Source of the DNA: Camelus dromedarius
Taxonomy: Eukaryota
Direction: 5' to 3'
Length of the DNA stretch: 64,000 nucleotides
Assembly (NCBI RefSeq): GCF_036321535.1
Contig: NC_087437.1
Location: 34,164,001-34,228,000, forward strand
Shown here: positions 1 through 13,159 of the stretch, in pieces
How the letters are laid out: every line of letters begins with the position of its first letter
Position numbering within the stretch: the first letter of the stretch is position 1
The notes under the pieces: generated by a model
What the model was told of the DNA's origin: nothing
The model's database searches: none
The model's input: the letters and a program-made list of their open reading frames with translations, nothing else
Position numbers and translations under genes: made by a program

Positions 1-2169
1 CTGGGGTATTTCATGCTGTGAAAACAACAGAGGAAATAAAATTGTAGGCTATCAGAGGAGGTCCTGGCTCCTGCTTTCAGCTGGAGTTTCTTCTCTGGAA
101 GTCTACTAAACAAAAAGCTTTGGTCTGATGCCAAAGGTAGCATTTGGGAACAGAAAACTGATTCAACTCTTCCCTTTCTGAAGTTCAATTTTGCCCAGTG
201 TATTCCTGTCCTATTTCTTTCTCCCTACTCCGAGAGCAGTGTTATCAGATCCTGTAAGTTTGCCACACAATGGGTCCCAAACAAACAGAGATATATGAAA
301 ACAAACAGTTGGGTTTAGATATCTTCCTGTCCAACTGTTTTGGCCAGAAAAGATGGGTAATTCCTGCTGTGAGATAGATTAGAGAAAAGTTCTAACTTAG
401 CATTGTCCAGAACCTGAATCAGGAAAAGGCTCCCCTTCCTCCCCGCTGCAGTGCGTATCACAGCTTGACAAGCAAAGCATAGGATCGATTTTTGCCCCAG
501 ACTGTCTCTTTGCCTGCACAACCGTACTGTGTAACTGCAGATTTCGTTTTCACAAGTGCCAGATGTGTTGCTGAATTCTTACAATAACACAAGAAAATCA
601 ACAGGGACAAATGACAAAATATAACCTCAGACCTCAGCTCTGATCTGGAAATCAAAATGTTTTATCGTGAATCTGCACATGCCCAGCTCTGTGCAAGGCC
701 TGCAGGGGATACAAACGGAAAAGAAGGATTCTAGGAGCTCCAGAAGGATGCTATGGCATAAAGGTCTCTCTGTGTGTTTCTCATTGCTTGTTATAGATTT
801 AGGGGGAAGGGGAGAGAAGGATTATCATATTATCTTCTCAATAATAGGAACTTGTTTAAAGTTCTACGCTTCTGTTAAGAATGACCTCAAGCATTCAACC
901 ACATGGATTCAAATCCCAGCACTGCTACTTGTTAGCGACATGACTTTCAGTTACTGACTTAGACACACTGTTCCTCAGTTTCCTCATCTGTAAAAAGAAG
1001 GATAATAATAGTAATGCCTACCTTATAGGTCATTATCATTATTCTATGTCCATCACAGCTCTTCTAGTACCAAGGACAGTATATTATTTTAAAAAAGGAG
1101 AGCACCATCAGTTGTCACAACCACTCTGAATGAAGTTGAGCTTCAACTTTGGAACTCTGAACAGACCCTGTATTTAAAATGGCTATTTGGTTTCTATTTC
1201 CAGCTATGGCAGGCTAGCCTGTAGCGAGAAAATCCCCTCATAAGAACAACCAGAAGAGCCAAACAAAAAAATTTTTTTAATGTCTTAAAACATTAAAGAG
1301 CCACCAAGGCAGCCAGGGCTTGAAGAGTCAAGATCTCTGAAAGAAGGAAAACTCACTGAGATCAGCCTAAGAATCTACAGTCCCCACTGAGTCATCTGCT
1401 GACTCATACGCATAGTGGGTACAGGACAGAGGAGCTGAGCAGAAAGTGGCTGTTAAAAAGTGGAAAAGGTGAGTAGAGGTTTTGGCATACTCACTGGAGA
1501 AACAAATAGTGAAGCTCAGGGCCACCAAAGTAACCAGCACTTGAGAAGCCAAGATCTTGGAGGGAAAGAAAGTGCAGAGAAGTGATTTAAATAGAATTGT
1601 TTGCTTTTTCCCTCCACATGGCTGCTGATTAGTAAGCACAATAGGCTAAAAGTTAAAAAGACAGAACAAAAAGCAGCCGTTAGGGGACTGAGAAACTGAA
1701 CAGAGCTAATGACAGTACACGGTGCTGGATAAATAAGCATTAGCATTTAGGGCCTACCAAAGCAGAGGGGCCTTGGTAAACACCTCCTGCTTTCAGCTGG
1801 AACTGCTGGGAAGACATCCTAGAAATAAGGGTAAATAGATACAGACCAGCCTTTGTCAAGGTTTAAAACTCAGCCCCAAATCATCTCATTCCCTGATTGG
1901 TTTAAGGTGCTCTGCTTAAAATCTGCCTGCCTGCCAGAGTTAACATCACTGCGTTTATATAACTTTTTATACTCAATGTCTGGCATTCAATCAAAAATTA
2001 CCAGGCAAATGAAGAGAGAGGGACAAGAGAAAAAAATACACAATAGAAACAGATGATGTAGATATTGGAATTATCAGCCACAAAATGTAAAATAACTATG
2101 ATTAGCATGTTCAAGTGAATAGATGACAAGATGGATACTTTCATCAGAAAACTGAAATCTATATATGTA

Positions 2170-3335
2170 TAAAAACCTAGCTCATACAGCTCAATAACAA
2201 AAAACAAACAACCTAATCAAAAAAGGGCAGAAGACCTAAATAGACATTTCTCCAAAGAAGACATACAGATGGCCAATAGGCACATGCAAAGATGCTCAAC
2301 ATCGCTAATTATTAGAGAAATGCAAATCAAAACTACAATGAGGTATCACTTCACACTGGCCAGAACAGCCATCATTTAAAAGTCCAAATGACAAATGCTA
2401 AAGAGGATGTAAAGGCAACCCTCCTACATTGTTGGTGGGAATGTAAATTGGTGCAGCCACTATAGAAAACAGAATGGAGGTTCCTTAAAAAACTGAAAAC
2501 AGACTTACCCTATGATCCAGCAGTCCCACTCTTGAGCATATATCCAGAGAAAACTCTAATTTGAAAGGATACTTACACTCTAATGTTCACAGCAGCACTA
2601 TATGCAATAGCCAAGATGTGGAAGCAACCTAAGTGTCCATCAACAGATGACTGGATAAAGACATGGTATATATATTTATACACTGGGATACTACTCAGCC
2701 ATAAAAAAGAATGAAATAATGCCATTTGCAGCAACATGGATGGGCCTAGAGATTATCATACTACATGAAGTAAGTCAGAAATCATATGATCTCTTATATC
2801 ATATGATATCACTTATATGTGGAATCTAAAATATCATGTGATGGGGGAGGTTATAGCTGAGTGGTAGAGTGCACACTTAGCATGCACGAGGTCCTGGGTT
2901 CAATCCCCAGTACCTCCGTTAAAAAATAACATTGATAAACCTAATTACTCCCCCCCAAAAAAAATTTTAAAAGCTTTTAAAAAAATTATATGATATCACT
3001 TATATGTGGAATCTAAAATATCATACAAATGAACTTGTTTACAAAACCGAAACAGACTCACAGACATAGAAAACAAACTTATGGTTACCAAGGGGGAAGG
3101 GGAGTAGGAGAGGGATAAATTAAGAATTTGGGATTAGCAGATACAAACTACTATGTATAAAATAAACAATAAGGTCCTACTGTATAGCACAGGGAACTAT
3201 GTTCAATGTCCTGTAATAAACCATAATGGAAAAGAATATGAAAAAGAATATATATACATATCAATAACTGAATCACCTTGCTGTATGCCAGAAGCTAACA
3301 CAACAGTGTAAATCAACTATACATCAAAAAAAAAG
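2170..3335 (+). mobile_element. L1 3' fragment (ORF2 end, 3'UTR, poly-A) interrupted by a SINE, nested in an older L1
   Basis: Typical L1 3' text (agacatttctccaaagaagacatacagatggccaa..., gccatttgcagcaacatggat) and an A-tail at ~3326. Confidence 0.88.
2843..2987 (+). mobile_element. tRNA-derived SINE (camelid type)
   Basis: ggggagg.tatagct.agtggtagag...gaggtcctgggttcaatccccagtacctcc head with A/B boxes and an A-rich tail. Confidence 0.9.
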
Positions 3336-3407
3336 CCAAGTGTAAATTCCAAAACTGCAAAATAATGAATTTAACAACAGTTTGGAAAGATGAAGAATGC
3401 ATTAGCA

Positions 3408-3510
3408 GGGGAGGGTATAGGTCAGCGGTAGAGCGTATGCTTAGCATGGATGAGGTCCTAGGTTCAATCCTCAGTACCTTCACTGACCAAAAAAAAAAAA
3501 ATTGTAAAAT
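3408..3510 (+). mobile_element. tRNA-derived SINE with 13-bp TSD (aagaatgcattag at 3393-3405 and 3511-3523)
   Basis: SINE head, poly-A and flanking direct repeat. Confidence 0.9.
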
Positions 3511-5023
3511 AAGAATGCATTAGTGACCTGGAAGATCAGTTGGCAGAACATATCCAGATAAAAGCATCCACATCAAAAACAAAAAAGGTAGAAAATAGCA
3601 TGAAAAACATGTAGGACATTGTGAAAAGGTCAAACATATGTGTAACTAGAGTTCCAGGAGGGCTCCCCAGGGAAGTTGAGTTGGGAGCAATAGGAGCGAT
3701 ATTTGAAAAGTTAGTGACTGAGAATTTTTCAAAACTGATTTAAAGGGATCAAGTTATATATTCAAGAAGTACACAAACCTCAGGCAGTATAAACACAGAG
3801 AAAAACACACCTAGGAATGTCATCACCAAATTGCTGGGAAAACAAAACGAAACGAAACGAAAATCGTAAGAGCAGACAGAGTATCTTCCCAAATCACCTT
3901 CAAAGGAGCAACGGAAACCAGAAGACACTGGAGTAACAGCTTCAAAGTGCTGAAGGAAAATAACTGCCAAGCAAAAATGTATTTCAAAAATTGAGCCAAA
4001 ATGAAGACATTTAAGATGAATGAAAGGTGAGAGAACCAGCTGCCAGCTGACCTGTGCTTAAAAAAAAGTCTAAATGAAAGTTCTCTGGGCAGAAGGAACT
4101 TTATCTCTGATAGAAGATCATGTAAATGTGGAGGGAGGGAAAACACTGGAAACTGAACAGAAATAAATAATGACTATATAATACCATCAAAATGGCTGTT
4201 TGGGGACTTCAGCTAGCACTAGTACCAGCTTTCAGGTCGTGTTTGTTGAGAAATTTTCATTCTCTTCTGAGAAGCAAAAAAGGATCCTCTTAACTAGGAA
4301 TATTCTGTTTCCTTCCACATGAGGGGCCATCCAGCATCACGACACTAGCCCCAACCCTGCTCCCCACTGAAGCACATGGCATGTGACGGGCCCTTGAGGG
4401 ATTATTCAAAGCCGCATTGGTCACTGTTTAGAAACCAATGCCACAAAATGACACCAGCAACATGCTGAGGGCAATGCCTCCGTGTTACAGGGCTCCTCCC
4501 GCTGTCTCACTGTGGGTACACTATCCCAGTAAATTGTCCCAACAACCCCACCAACTGGCTGTTTTTCTCCTTATTTTATAGGAGTTCAGAGAAGTCAATG
4601 AAAATGCCTCAGATTCCTCAGTTAGAAAGTGACGGGGGAGTTTAACCCAGTAAGTACTGCAAAGCCCGTGGTCTTTCGCCTCTGCCAGGCCAGAGGCCGG
4701 CAAGGCTCCAGCCAGTGAAATAACGTTAAGTGCACAACAGAATTAAAAGATCTAAATGTGCACGGCACACATGTAGCATATTCTTCAGAACAGTAGAAGA
4801 TGGAACAGTGGATGGATAGAATCAGCCACAAACGCCCCTGCCTCAGCCATAGAGAGTTAATCCACTCACAGATTCAAGTTTGTATAGTAAATTCCCCAAG
4901 AATGCTGCAACTTAGAGGAAATTCCCTGTTCAAGAGCTGTCACAATGGGCCAGCAGCTCTCTTCGCCTGCTATAGGTGATCTTTGAAAATGCAAATAAAA
5001 CAACATGAAACAAAAATAAAGCT

Positions 5024-5186
5024 GGGGGGAGGGTATAGCTCAGTGGTAAAGCACATGCTTAACATCCACGAAGTCATCGGTTCGATCCCCAGTATCTCCA
5101 TTAAAAAAATAATAATAACAATAAGTAAATAAACCTAATTACCCCCTAAAAAAAAACCCAAAACAAAAATAAATAAATAAATAAAA
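5024..5186 (+). mobile_element. tRNA-derived SINE
   Basis: Same head consensus and aaacctaattacc tail. Confidence 0.9.
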
Positions 5187-5330
5187 CTGCAATATATTTG
5201 CATGTTAAATCATTCAAATAGTACAGAGGGTATTCAATAAAAAGCAGGTTTTCCCCCTACTTCAAAGATCCAATCTCCTCCTCTAGAGGAAATAGTCATT
5301 GATTTTCTATGCTCTTATGACTGTAGACCT

Positions 5331-5334
<4 letters not shown>

Positions 5335-5364
<30 letters not shown>
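5335..5364. repeat. (TG)15 microsatellite followed by a degenerate TA/TG tract
   Basis: Read directly. Confidence 0.95.
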
Positions 5365-5369
<5 letters not shown>

Positions 5370-5479
5370 CTGTATGTGTATATATATGTGTATATATGTA
5401 TGTACTTTTTCCTTACACAAATGGAAGCAAGTTATATACACTGGTCTGAACCTTGACATTTCATATATTGAAGATTGTT

Positions 5480-6175
5480 CCTATCACACATATAAATCAA
5501 ACTCAGTCTTTTTAATAGCTACATTGAAAAGTCCATTGAAAAGCTGAATCATGTTTTACTGAAACAATTCCCTATTAATGGACATTTAGAGTGTTTCAAG
5601 TCTTCTGATATTAAAAATGATACTTTTAATGGAAATCAGTCTTTATGCATATGTACAAACAGTTCACAGGCAAATTCTTGGAAGTGGAATTGCTTAGCAA
5701 AAGTATATATATTTTTTATTTTAATAGCTATTGCCAACTGACCCTGCAAATAGACTGCACTAGATTACACTCTCTCCAACAGACTATGGCAATCTATTTC
5801 CACATACCCATAAATCATCAAATTTTTAGTTCTCCAAATTATAGGTTAAAAATCATATCTAGTCATTTTAATTTGCATTTCTTTAATTTTGAGTGCAGCT
5901 ATTTTTCATATGTTTGTAAATAATTTGTATTTTTCTTTTTTAAAGCTGTCTATTCTTATCCTTTACCCATTTTTCATTGGATTGTTGGCTTTTTTCTTAT
6001 TAATATTCATATTTATATACTAAGGAGATTAGCTTTTGGTCCATCATATGCTGTTGCAAATGTTTTTTCCTAGGTTATCTATTATCTTTAAATGTTATTT
6101 ATGGCATCTTTTTCTTGCAGAGATGTTTGTTCTTTATATAGTCAAATTCATCATTTTTTCCTTTTTAGTGTCTAA
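5480..6175 (-). mobile_element. Old L1 (L1ME-like) 3' fragment
   Basis: T-rich L1 antisense text (atggacatttag...tgtttc, gaagtggaattgct, ttttaatttgcatttcttt). Confidence 0.7.
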
Positions 6176-7339
6176 GCACCAGGTGACCTCATCATGGATG
6201 AGGCTACAATGCCCAGGAGCTGTATCATTTTTGTTTGTTTGTTAAACTATCTCAAGATGTAGAAAATCTGGCAAAAATATTCATAAAAATCTTTATTCTG
6301 GGGCACCAATAAGCAATAACAACATCTTTCCTGGAATTCTGTCTTGAAGACCATTGTTAATATTTTTGAGGTTCTTCAAGACAGCATGATAACATATGGA
6401 CGTTGCCTCTAGAAATGGTGCTGTGAATATTTAGGACTCCCCTTCCCCTTTCGTTGGGAAGTGGCTACTTAACACTTAAAAGAGTGCAAAGAGGCAGCTG
6501 TGGAATAAACTGGCAAGTGTGCCCCTTGACTCAAAAATAATAACCACACCTCTTCTTGTATAGTGATATCTCATAGTGATGACATTCTACCACTCAACGA
6601 AATATTTACCTGGTGATTATACAATCTGATTTGCATGAAAATGTTAGACAACCAAGGATTACTGTCTCCATTTTGCGATATGAAAATTAGGAGAGGCAGT
6701 GGCTTGTCCAAGCTCACACAGCTACCCATCAGCAGAGGGGGCTAGGACTTGGGGCATTTGATCGTAGATGCAAAGGTACTTAAGACGCTATAGTCATCTT
6801 TCTGGCTCAGCTCACTATTTTTCTTCCTGTTACTGAAACACTTCACCACCCAAGAAGAAACTGCGCCATGGAACCAGCCTCACAAGCATGTCGTGCTTAG
6901 GTTGGTGTATGCAAAAAGGAACATAAGGCTCTGTTTTTTCCCCTGACAGCACCTTTTGGGAGCAGAGCTATACTGGATCCACACCATCAGATGGCATGAG
7001 AGCACCAGCTGATTTGTGCTCAAGTTCACTGGCCCTTATAGAACAGAACTGCAGGAAAACTGACCACAGAGTCCTCTCTATGTTATGAAGGACCCTCGTA
7101 TTTGCAGTACCTCCCTACAGATTCACATTTACAGTTTCAACTGATCACAAGCCTCTGCGGGATCTCACTTCATCCAAGGATGGGCTGCCATTCTAAATTA
7201 TGGCACCAAAGGTACAGTCCCAAGTCTTTTGTTCAGAGCCTATGGCTATGAACTGGTCTGCTCACTAAGAAGAATAATGATGAAAGAAGGTGTCTTGAGC
7301 TATTGCTGCTATTCGGTACTATTGCAGGTATCCAGCACT

Positions 7340-7540
7340 ACTGATAATTTTGACAGTATAACTTCTTGTCATTGGTGGGAGGGAGGAGCCATCCTGTATA
7401 GAATGGTTAGCAGCACGTGGCATGATTTCTCTACCCACCCGATGTCAGTAGCAACCCCCTTCCCCCATTATGACAAAAATGTCTCCAGACATTGTCAAAT
7501 ATCCCCTGGGAACAAGATCACCTCCAGTTGAGAGGCCTGA
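7340..7540. mobile_element. MER20-like DNA transposon remnant
   Basis: aaaaatgtctccagacattgtcaaatatcccctggg...ccagttgaga. Confidence 0.7.
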
Positions 7541-8399
7541 TACAGGGCCTTAATACATTCTGCCAAATTCCTGAAAAGAACTTTGACTTTTGATTTCAAG
7601 TGATGGAACTATTATGTGAGATCTCAGATTGGCTCATTGCTCAAAATGAATGGAAAACAAATGACTAATAGAAAGACCCTCTGAATGTACAAAATTACAA
7701 TTAAAGTTTGCAAACAACTATCTTGAGCTATCTGCTTAGAAAAAGTGTCTTTACTTATCAACACTTTGGGCAGAGTAAGGACATCAGATGAAGAGAATTA
7801 AGTTGGCCATGGCCCTTCCAAGGGAGAAAGCTCAGCTGTGGTAAACTTGACTTCATTCTAACTTAAGCACATTTAACTCCATCCTAAACCCCTATGGCAA
7901 CAACATAGCTCAGCACCTGTCATTCTTTCACACAATCTGCTAGACACAGTTGTTTCTGACAATGCACTGGTCTTCATTTCCCATGGTGTAATCCACAGGC
8001 CACAGCATTGGAAGGAGCCTTAGATCTAGATCAACCATTTGCTCTCATTTTACACACACCTGAAAGTCCCTGTGGTGGCTGCCTCATCACCCTTGAGCAG
8101 ATGATGCTGCCAAAAATGGAGAGAGCTTGAATCAGACGAGAGGCTAACACAGCTTTCTCCTAATTGGCTTCATCACTCCATTTTCAGTAGAGGTTGGCCC
8201 TGTCGAATGTTCATGGTAGCATCTCAAGGCTCACAATGACCTCATCCATTCCAACTCAAACAGGGACCCAGAGGAAGCACCCACTCATCACTCCTGTATC
8301 CCAAAAGGCTCATCCCTACCCAAGACTAGTACATCTGCACAGAGGTCCTGTGAAGTCCTGGACCTTAGTGCAGTCTGACCCATCAGAGGCTCTGAGTGG

Positions 8400-9400
8400 G
8401 TGACCAAAAACACCGCTCCCTTTCACACATGTCCAGGGTGACTAACACTCGTGGTAGAAATGAGTGAACTGAAAAGTCCCACAGGAACCTCAAACCCAAC
8501 ATGTCCAAAATGGAACTTCTCAGCATCTCCTCCAAACTCACTCTCCTCTTACAGTAACCCCTGTACAGGTGGGTGAACAACCTCCATCCAGCCATTCTCA
8601 GCACCTTCCTGCCCCTCACACCTGAGGAGTTACCAAGCCTTGGTCCCTCCCCATCCTGAGGCTCCCTCTTGTCCACCCTCGGGTCTCCATTCTGAACGGG
8701 GCCATGGAAATGCCTTCCTGCTTCTGACCCCTGGGATCCATCCTCCATACTGCTGCTGAAAGATCTCTTTATCATACAAATCTAACCATATCTCCTGCCT
8801 AAAACCTAGAAGGAGCCCCACCACCCTCAGCAGAATGTACACTCCTTAGCATGGAATCCAGTCCCCTCAAGGCTCAGCCCCATCACCCTCTCCCACCTCA
8901 CACCCGGATAGCATGACCCATAGATGGCCACCCCCCTTTACCTTCCCTGACTGTGCTTCTGATCTCTGTTCCTCCAACCTAGGACCCGCACCCCATCCTA
9001 CTGGAAGCAGTCTAATGCCTACTCACCCTTTAGCACTCAGGTCGCAGTCCCCCTGCTTCTGGGATCCTTTGCTGCTTCCTCACCCCCATCACTCCTGCTG
9101 AGGTGTCCTCTCTCTGGCTTCTCCTCCCAGGACCCTGGACATCCATTGCGCTAAATTGTAACGATTCTCTCCTGGACACTGTAGGAAACTGGATTCTCTA
9201 AAAGAGTTGTTACTGCATAGCCAGTCTGGTTTCATCTCTTTTCATCTTTAAGATGGTACCCGTGAACAAAGCACACTGAGTCAGATTTGGTGTGGGAGTG
9301 CCCCAGCGTGACCTGTTCACTGCTGAATGCCCAGCACCTGGCACACTGTCGGCCTGGCGAACCGTGGATCATCTGAATAAATAAATGCTGAATGAATGAT
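8400..9400 (+). mobile_element. L2 fragments
   Basis: ctcaaacccaacatgtccaaaatggaact..., cccagcacctggcacact...tgaatgaatga 3' end. Confidence 0.65.
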
Positions 9401-9464
9401 TTCCTCACCCCCATCCAGAACGAGGCGGGAGTCACAATCAGGGCACATCCTGGATATTGATGGA

Positions 9465-10100
9465 GAGAGCGCGCCAATGCTCGGCCCTCCGTCGGGAGAG
9501 GGCGCTGCAGGGCGGCGGGGCGGGATAGCTGGGGGCGGGGGGCGTCCGAGGATGGAGGGCAAAGTGTCGGGCTTGCCCGGGGACCCTGCGCCGCGACTTT
9601 GCGCGAAATTTTACTTTCGTTTTGGGCCAGGCAGGAGGCGGCGGGGCCGTCCCGGAACGACTGCGGCCGGGCGCCCATAGAGTTAATCCGAAAGCGCCGC
9701 AAGCCCCGCGGGCCAGACTCCACGTGTCACCGAGAAGCTGATGTAGAGAGAGACAGAAAGAAAGCAAGAGACCAGAGTCCCGGGAAAGTCCTGCCGCGCC
9801 TCAGGCAATTATAAAAATGTGACCCTCTGGGTCAGCCTCCCAACCACAGCCCTCACCTGCGGCGTCCATCCGTCTTCGTCCAACTGCCAGCTCGGTGTCC
9901 CCGCAGCGCCGCTCAGCATGTGCCCACCGCGCAGTGAGTAACCAGCCCGAGACTCGCGCTCGGCGCTCGGCGCTCGGGTAGGGAGGGGCGGGGAAGAGGA
10001 GGCAGAAACTTGGGGCCGGCTGTGCGGAGACTGGAAGAGGGTCGGCAATCTCGTGCAGAGGAGAAGGAAACGCGGAAAGACTGCGTGCTCACCATGCGCT
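9465..10100 (+). promoter_or_regulatory. IL12A: IL12A CpG-island promoter: GC boxes (~9510-9545, ~9640), ISRE/IRF-like site (9609-9623), NF-kB site GGGAAAGTCC (9782-9791), TATA-like TATAAAAA (9810-9817)
   Basis: High CpG density with the motifs read directly, immediately upstream of exon 1. Consistent with known IRF/NF-kB/Sp1 control of p35. Confidence 0.85.
9918..9933 (+). CDS. IL12A: IL12A coding exon 1 (MCPPR)
   Basis: ctcagcATGTGCCCACCGCGCA|gtgagt; phase 1 donor. Confidence 0.95.
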
Positions 10101-13100
10101 CCACAGGACATTGTCTCTTTTAATCTTGAAATTGCGCCGTGAGTTAAGTATTTTGCCCACTTCACAGATGAGAAGCTGAGGTCTGCTGGGATGTTTTCTT
10201 GCCCAGGATCCCTCAGCTCCAGTTCTAAAAGGGTAGCTCCTAGCCGGCTTCAAAATGAGGCTGTTTCCAAAACACTGGGTGGTGAGTCTGGGCCATTCGC
10301 TTCACCCCTGGCCTCAGTTTCCCACCTCTTGAAATGGAGACTTTTTTCTGGGTGAACTCTGTCCAACACCCTTGTCCGAACCCACAAGGAAGCTGTCACA
10401 GTGAGTTGGCTTCCACTCCTAGAGCAGAGCGCTGCCCTCCAAGAACCTGATTCATCTCTCAGATGTTGAAGGAGGTTGGAAAGGGGTTGAGGGATTTTGG
10501 TGCCCAGAAGTGGATGAGTGGAAATGGCCAGAACAGATGGAAGGTAGAGGCAGGCCAGTTCAGCCTGCCCCTTGATTCCCTTCCAGGCCTCTTCCTCATG
10601 GCCACCCTGGTCTTCCTAATTCACCTGGACCACCTCAGTTTGGCCAGGAGCCTCCCCACAACCACAGCGGGCCCAGGAATGTTCCAGTGCCTCAGCCACT
10701 CCCAAAACCTGCTCAGGGCCGTCAGCGACACGCTTCAGAAGGTGAGCTTTTCAACATCTTTGCTCCCACTTTGCAGCCTTTCTGGTGAAGGGGCATCTCC
10801 GAACCCCTGGTCGCCTGAAGAAACCGCCGGCAAATTGTGGAAGTTAATCAGGAGCTGTCAAGAGAGGAACAGGGAACTTTACAAATGGTCCAACTATTAG
10901 CTAAAGCGTCTCAATGAAATTGTGTCTCCAGAGAAGGCAGGGGTGGTAATAAATTATAATGACATTCGTTTTGGCTGTGTCTACACAGAGGAAAGTGGAT
11001 ATTTACAGTGTTCCCTGTAGCCTGCCAACTCAGATGGAATTGTGTCAGGCCCACACTGTTTCTCTGACACACTTATCAATCCAGGAAACTGTTATTAGGG
11101 GCAGCCTCTGTGCTCAGGGGCTACAGAGATGAATTAGCTTTGCCCCTCACACTCCTGGCCAGCCTTCAGTCTGGTGACTCGGTTCGTTGTTGGAGCAACA
11201 CATTTCAGAAAACTTGTGATCGGTGCATGGCCAGGCTTCATTCTCTAGGGAGAGAGTTTTCTAATTTTATTTACAGCTTCAGCCATTTTTTTAGCTTTCA
11301 TATTGTAATGCAAAAAAATTTTTTTTGCCTTTTAAAAGCACTCCAGCCCAGCATCTCTTGCTTTTGCTGCAATTGCCAAAGACTGATGTTTGAAAAGATG
11401 TCCTTTTGCCTTCCTGCTCCCTAGTAAATCTTTCTGGAATACTTCTATCTTGTTGCTTTATGAATATCTTAAAGTAAGCTCAGTGCCATGAGTCCTTCTT
11501 AAAGAACTCTTTTTCCCCCTTCTAATCTTTCATAATGGGCTGCCAGTTGCTTCTTCAGGTCTATCAATTTTAATTAAAAAGGCAGCTCACCAGGTGGAAA
11601 CTGCAGAGATAAACGCTTTGATTCCTGAAGAAAGGTTCAAGATGGATAAAATCTAGCAGCTCCGATTTACGTAGATGCTTTATGTGAAAAAGCTCACTCT
11701 TCTACTCCCAGATGCAGCACCAAAGGTCAAAAGATTGCAGAACTCAATTTGATTTTTTAAAAATATGATTCGTGTGTCAGATGTGCCAGAACACATCAGC
11801 TGGCTGCTGCACAGAAAACAGACGTAGCAAATGCATGAGATTCGCAGGCCAGATCTAGCCCACAGATCTGTAGAGTTTGGTCCATGTCGTTTGTATTTCA
11901 TTTTGATGTTTGAGTTGGATGCCATTGAAAAAATAGACCTTTCATATAAGAATCCAGTTTTCCAGCTTCTCTTGAAAAGACCTGAAGAACTATAACAGCG
12001 GGCCCAGATTTCCAAGTCTAACTTTTTACAACCTGCTCAGGATAGTGGCTGCCTCGGTCTGCTAAAACCCCTCCAGGAACAGTGTATTCATTTTCTATCA
12101 TTGTTGTAACAAGTGACTACAAACTAAGTGGCTTTAAACCACACAAATGTATTATCTTACAGCCTTGGAGGCCAAAAATCCAAAATGGGTCTCACTGGGC
12201 TAAAATCAAGGTGTCAGCAGAGCTGTATCCCTTTCTGGAGGCTGTAGGGGACAATTCATTTTCTTGCCTCCTCCAGCTTGTAGAGGGGGCCCCTTCCATC
12301 TTCAAAGCCAACAGATGAGTCTTGTGCTGCATCACTCTGACCTTGACTCTCCTGCCCCCCCTTCCACTTATAAGGACCGAGTGATTACACTGGACCCACC
12401 CGGATACTCCCAGATAACCTCTTTATTTTAAAGTCAGCTGGTCAGCGACCTTAATTTCATCAGCAACCTGAATTCCCCTTTGCCCTGTAATGTAACGGAC
12501 CCCCAGGTTCCAGGGATGGGCGGTGGCTGTCTTTTGGTGGGGGCGCTGTTCCGCCTGCCACACACGGGGATCTGACCGCTTGTTCCCCAGCATGTTCTGT
12601 ACTCTCAAGCCTTGACTCATGGCTTCCCTCTGCCTGAAATTCCCCCTCCTCTGCCTGTCAACATTCTAATCCTGTGGATGCAGATGTCCCATCTCTGGGG
12701 ACGCCCTTGCCTCCTTCTCCACTACCTTCTCAGAGCCCTCTGACCCTTCTCAGCCTCCCTCACCTGCCAGCTTGTCTCCTAGTCACTTGGGCGCTTGGCT
12801 GTCTCCACTGACTGAGAACTGTGGGAAATAATTATTTAATGAGGTATATTATATATTTAATAATGGAATAATTTAGATTATAAACAGCATACTATGAACA
12901 ATTTGATGATAATAATGATACGACTAATAATAATCCTGGGGGCGCATAACATCATCTCCTTCCTTGTCACATTCCTTAGTACCCAGCGTAGTGCCTGGCA
13001 CACATCAGGCTTCTTGAATGGAAAAATGGTCTTGATCTTCAGTCAAAAAGTCCTCAACTTCTTAAGAGAAATTTCTTAATTATATTCAACAATGCTTTCC

Positions 13101-13121
13101 AACATGCTTGTAAGACAATTA

Positions 13122-13159
<38 letters not shown>

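Larger units (their letters stand above)
1190..4190 (+). mobile_element. Degraded old L1 (5'UTR/ORF1-like) hosting younger insertions
   Basis: A-rich L1M-like segments either side of the younger L1 (atgtctggcattcaatcaaaaattaccaggca; atatttgaa...actgagaatttttcaaaactga). Confidence 0.6.

Noticed and set aside
3843..3863. (AAACG)n run resembling an ISRE 6 kb upstream of IL12A
   Set aside because: It is a simple repeat within a decayed L1, and the GAAA spacing of 1 nt differs from the usual GAAANNGAAA. There is no other support.
9232..10165. ORFs on both strands over the IL12A promoter
   Set aside because: CpG-island artefacts. Only the 16-nt coding part of exon 1 is supported.
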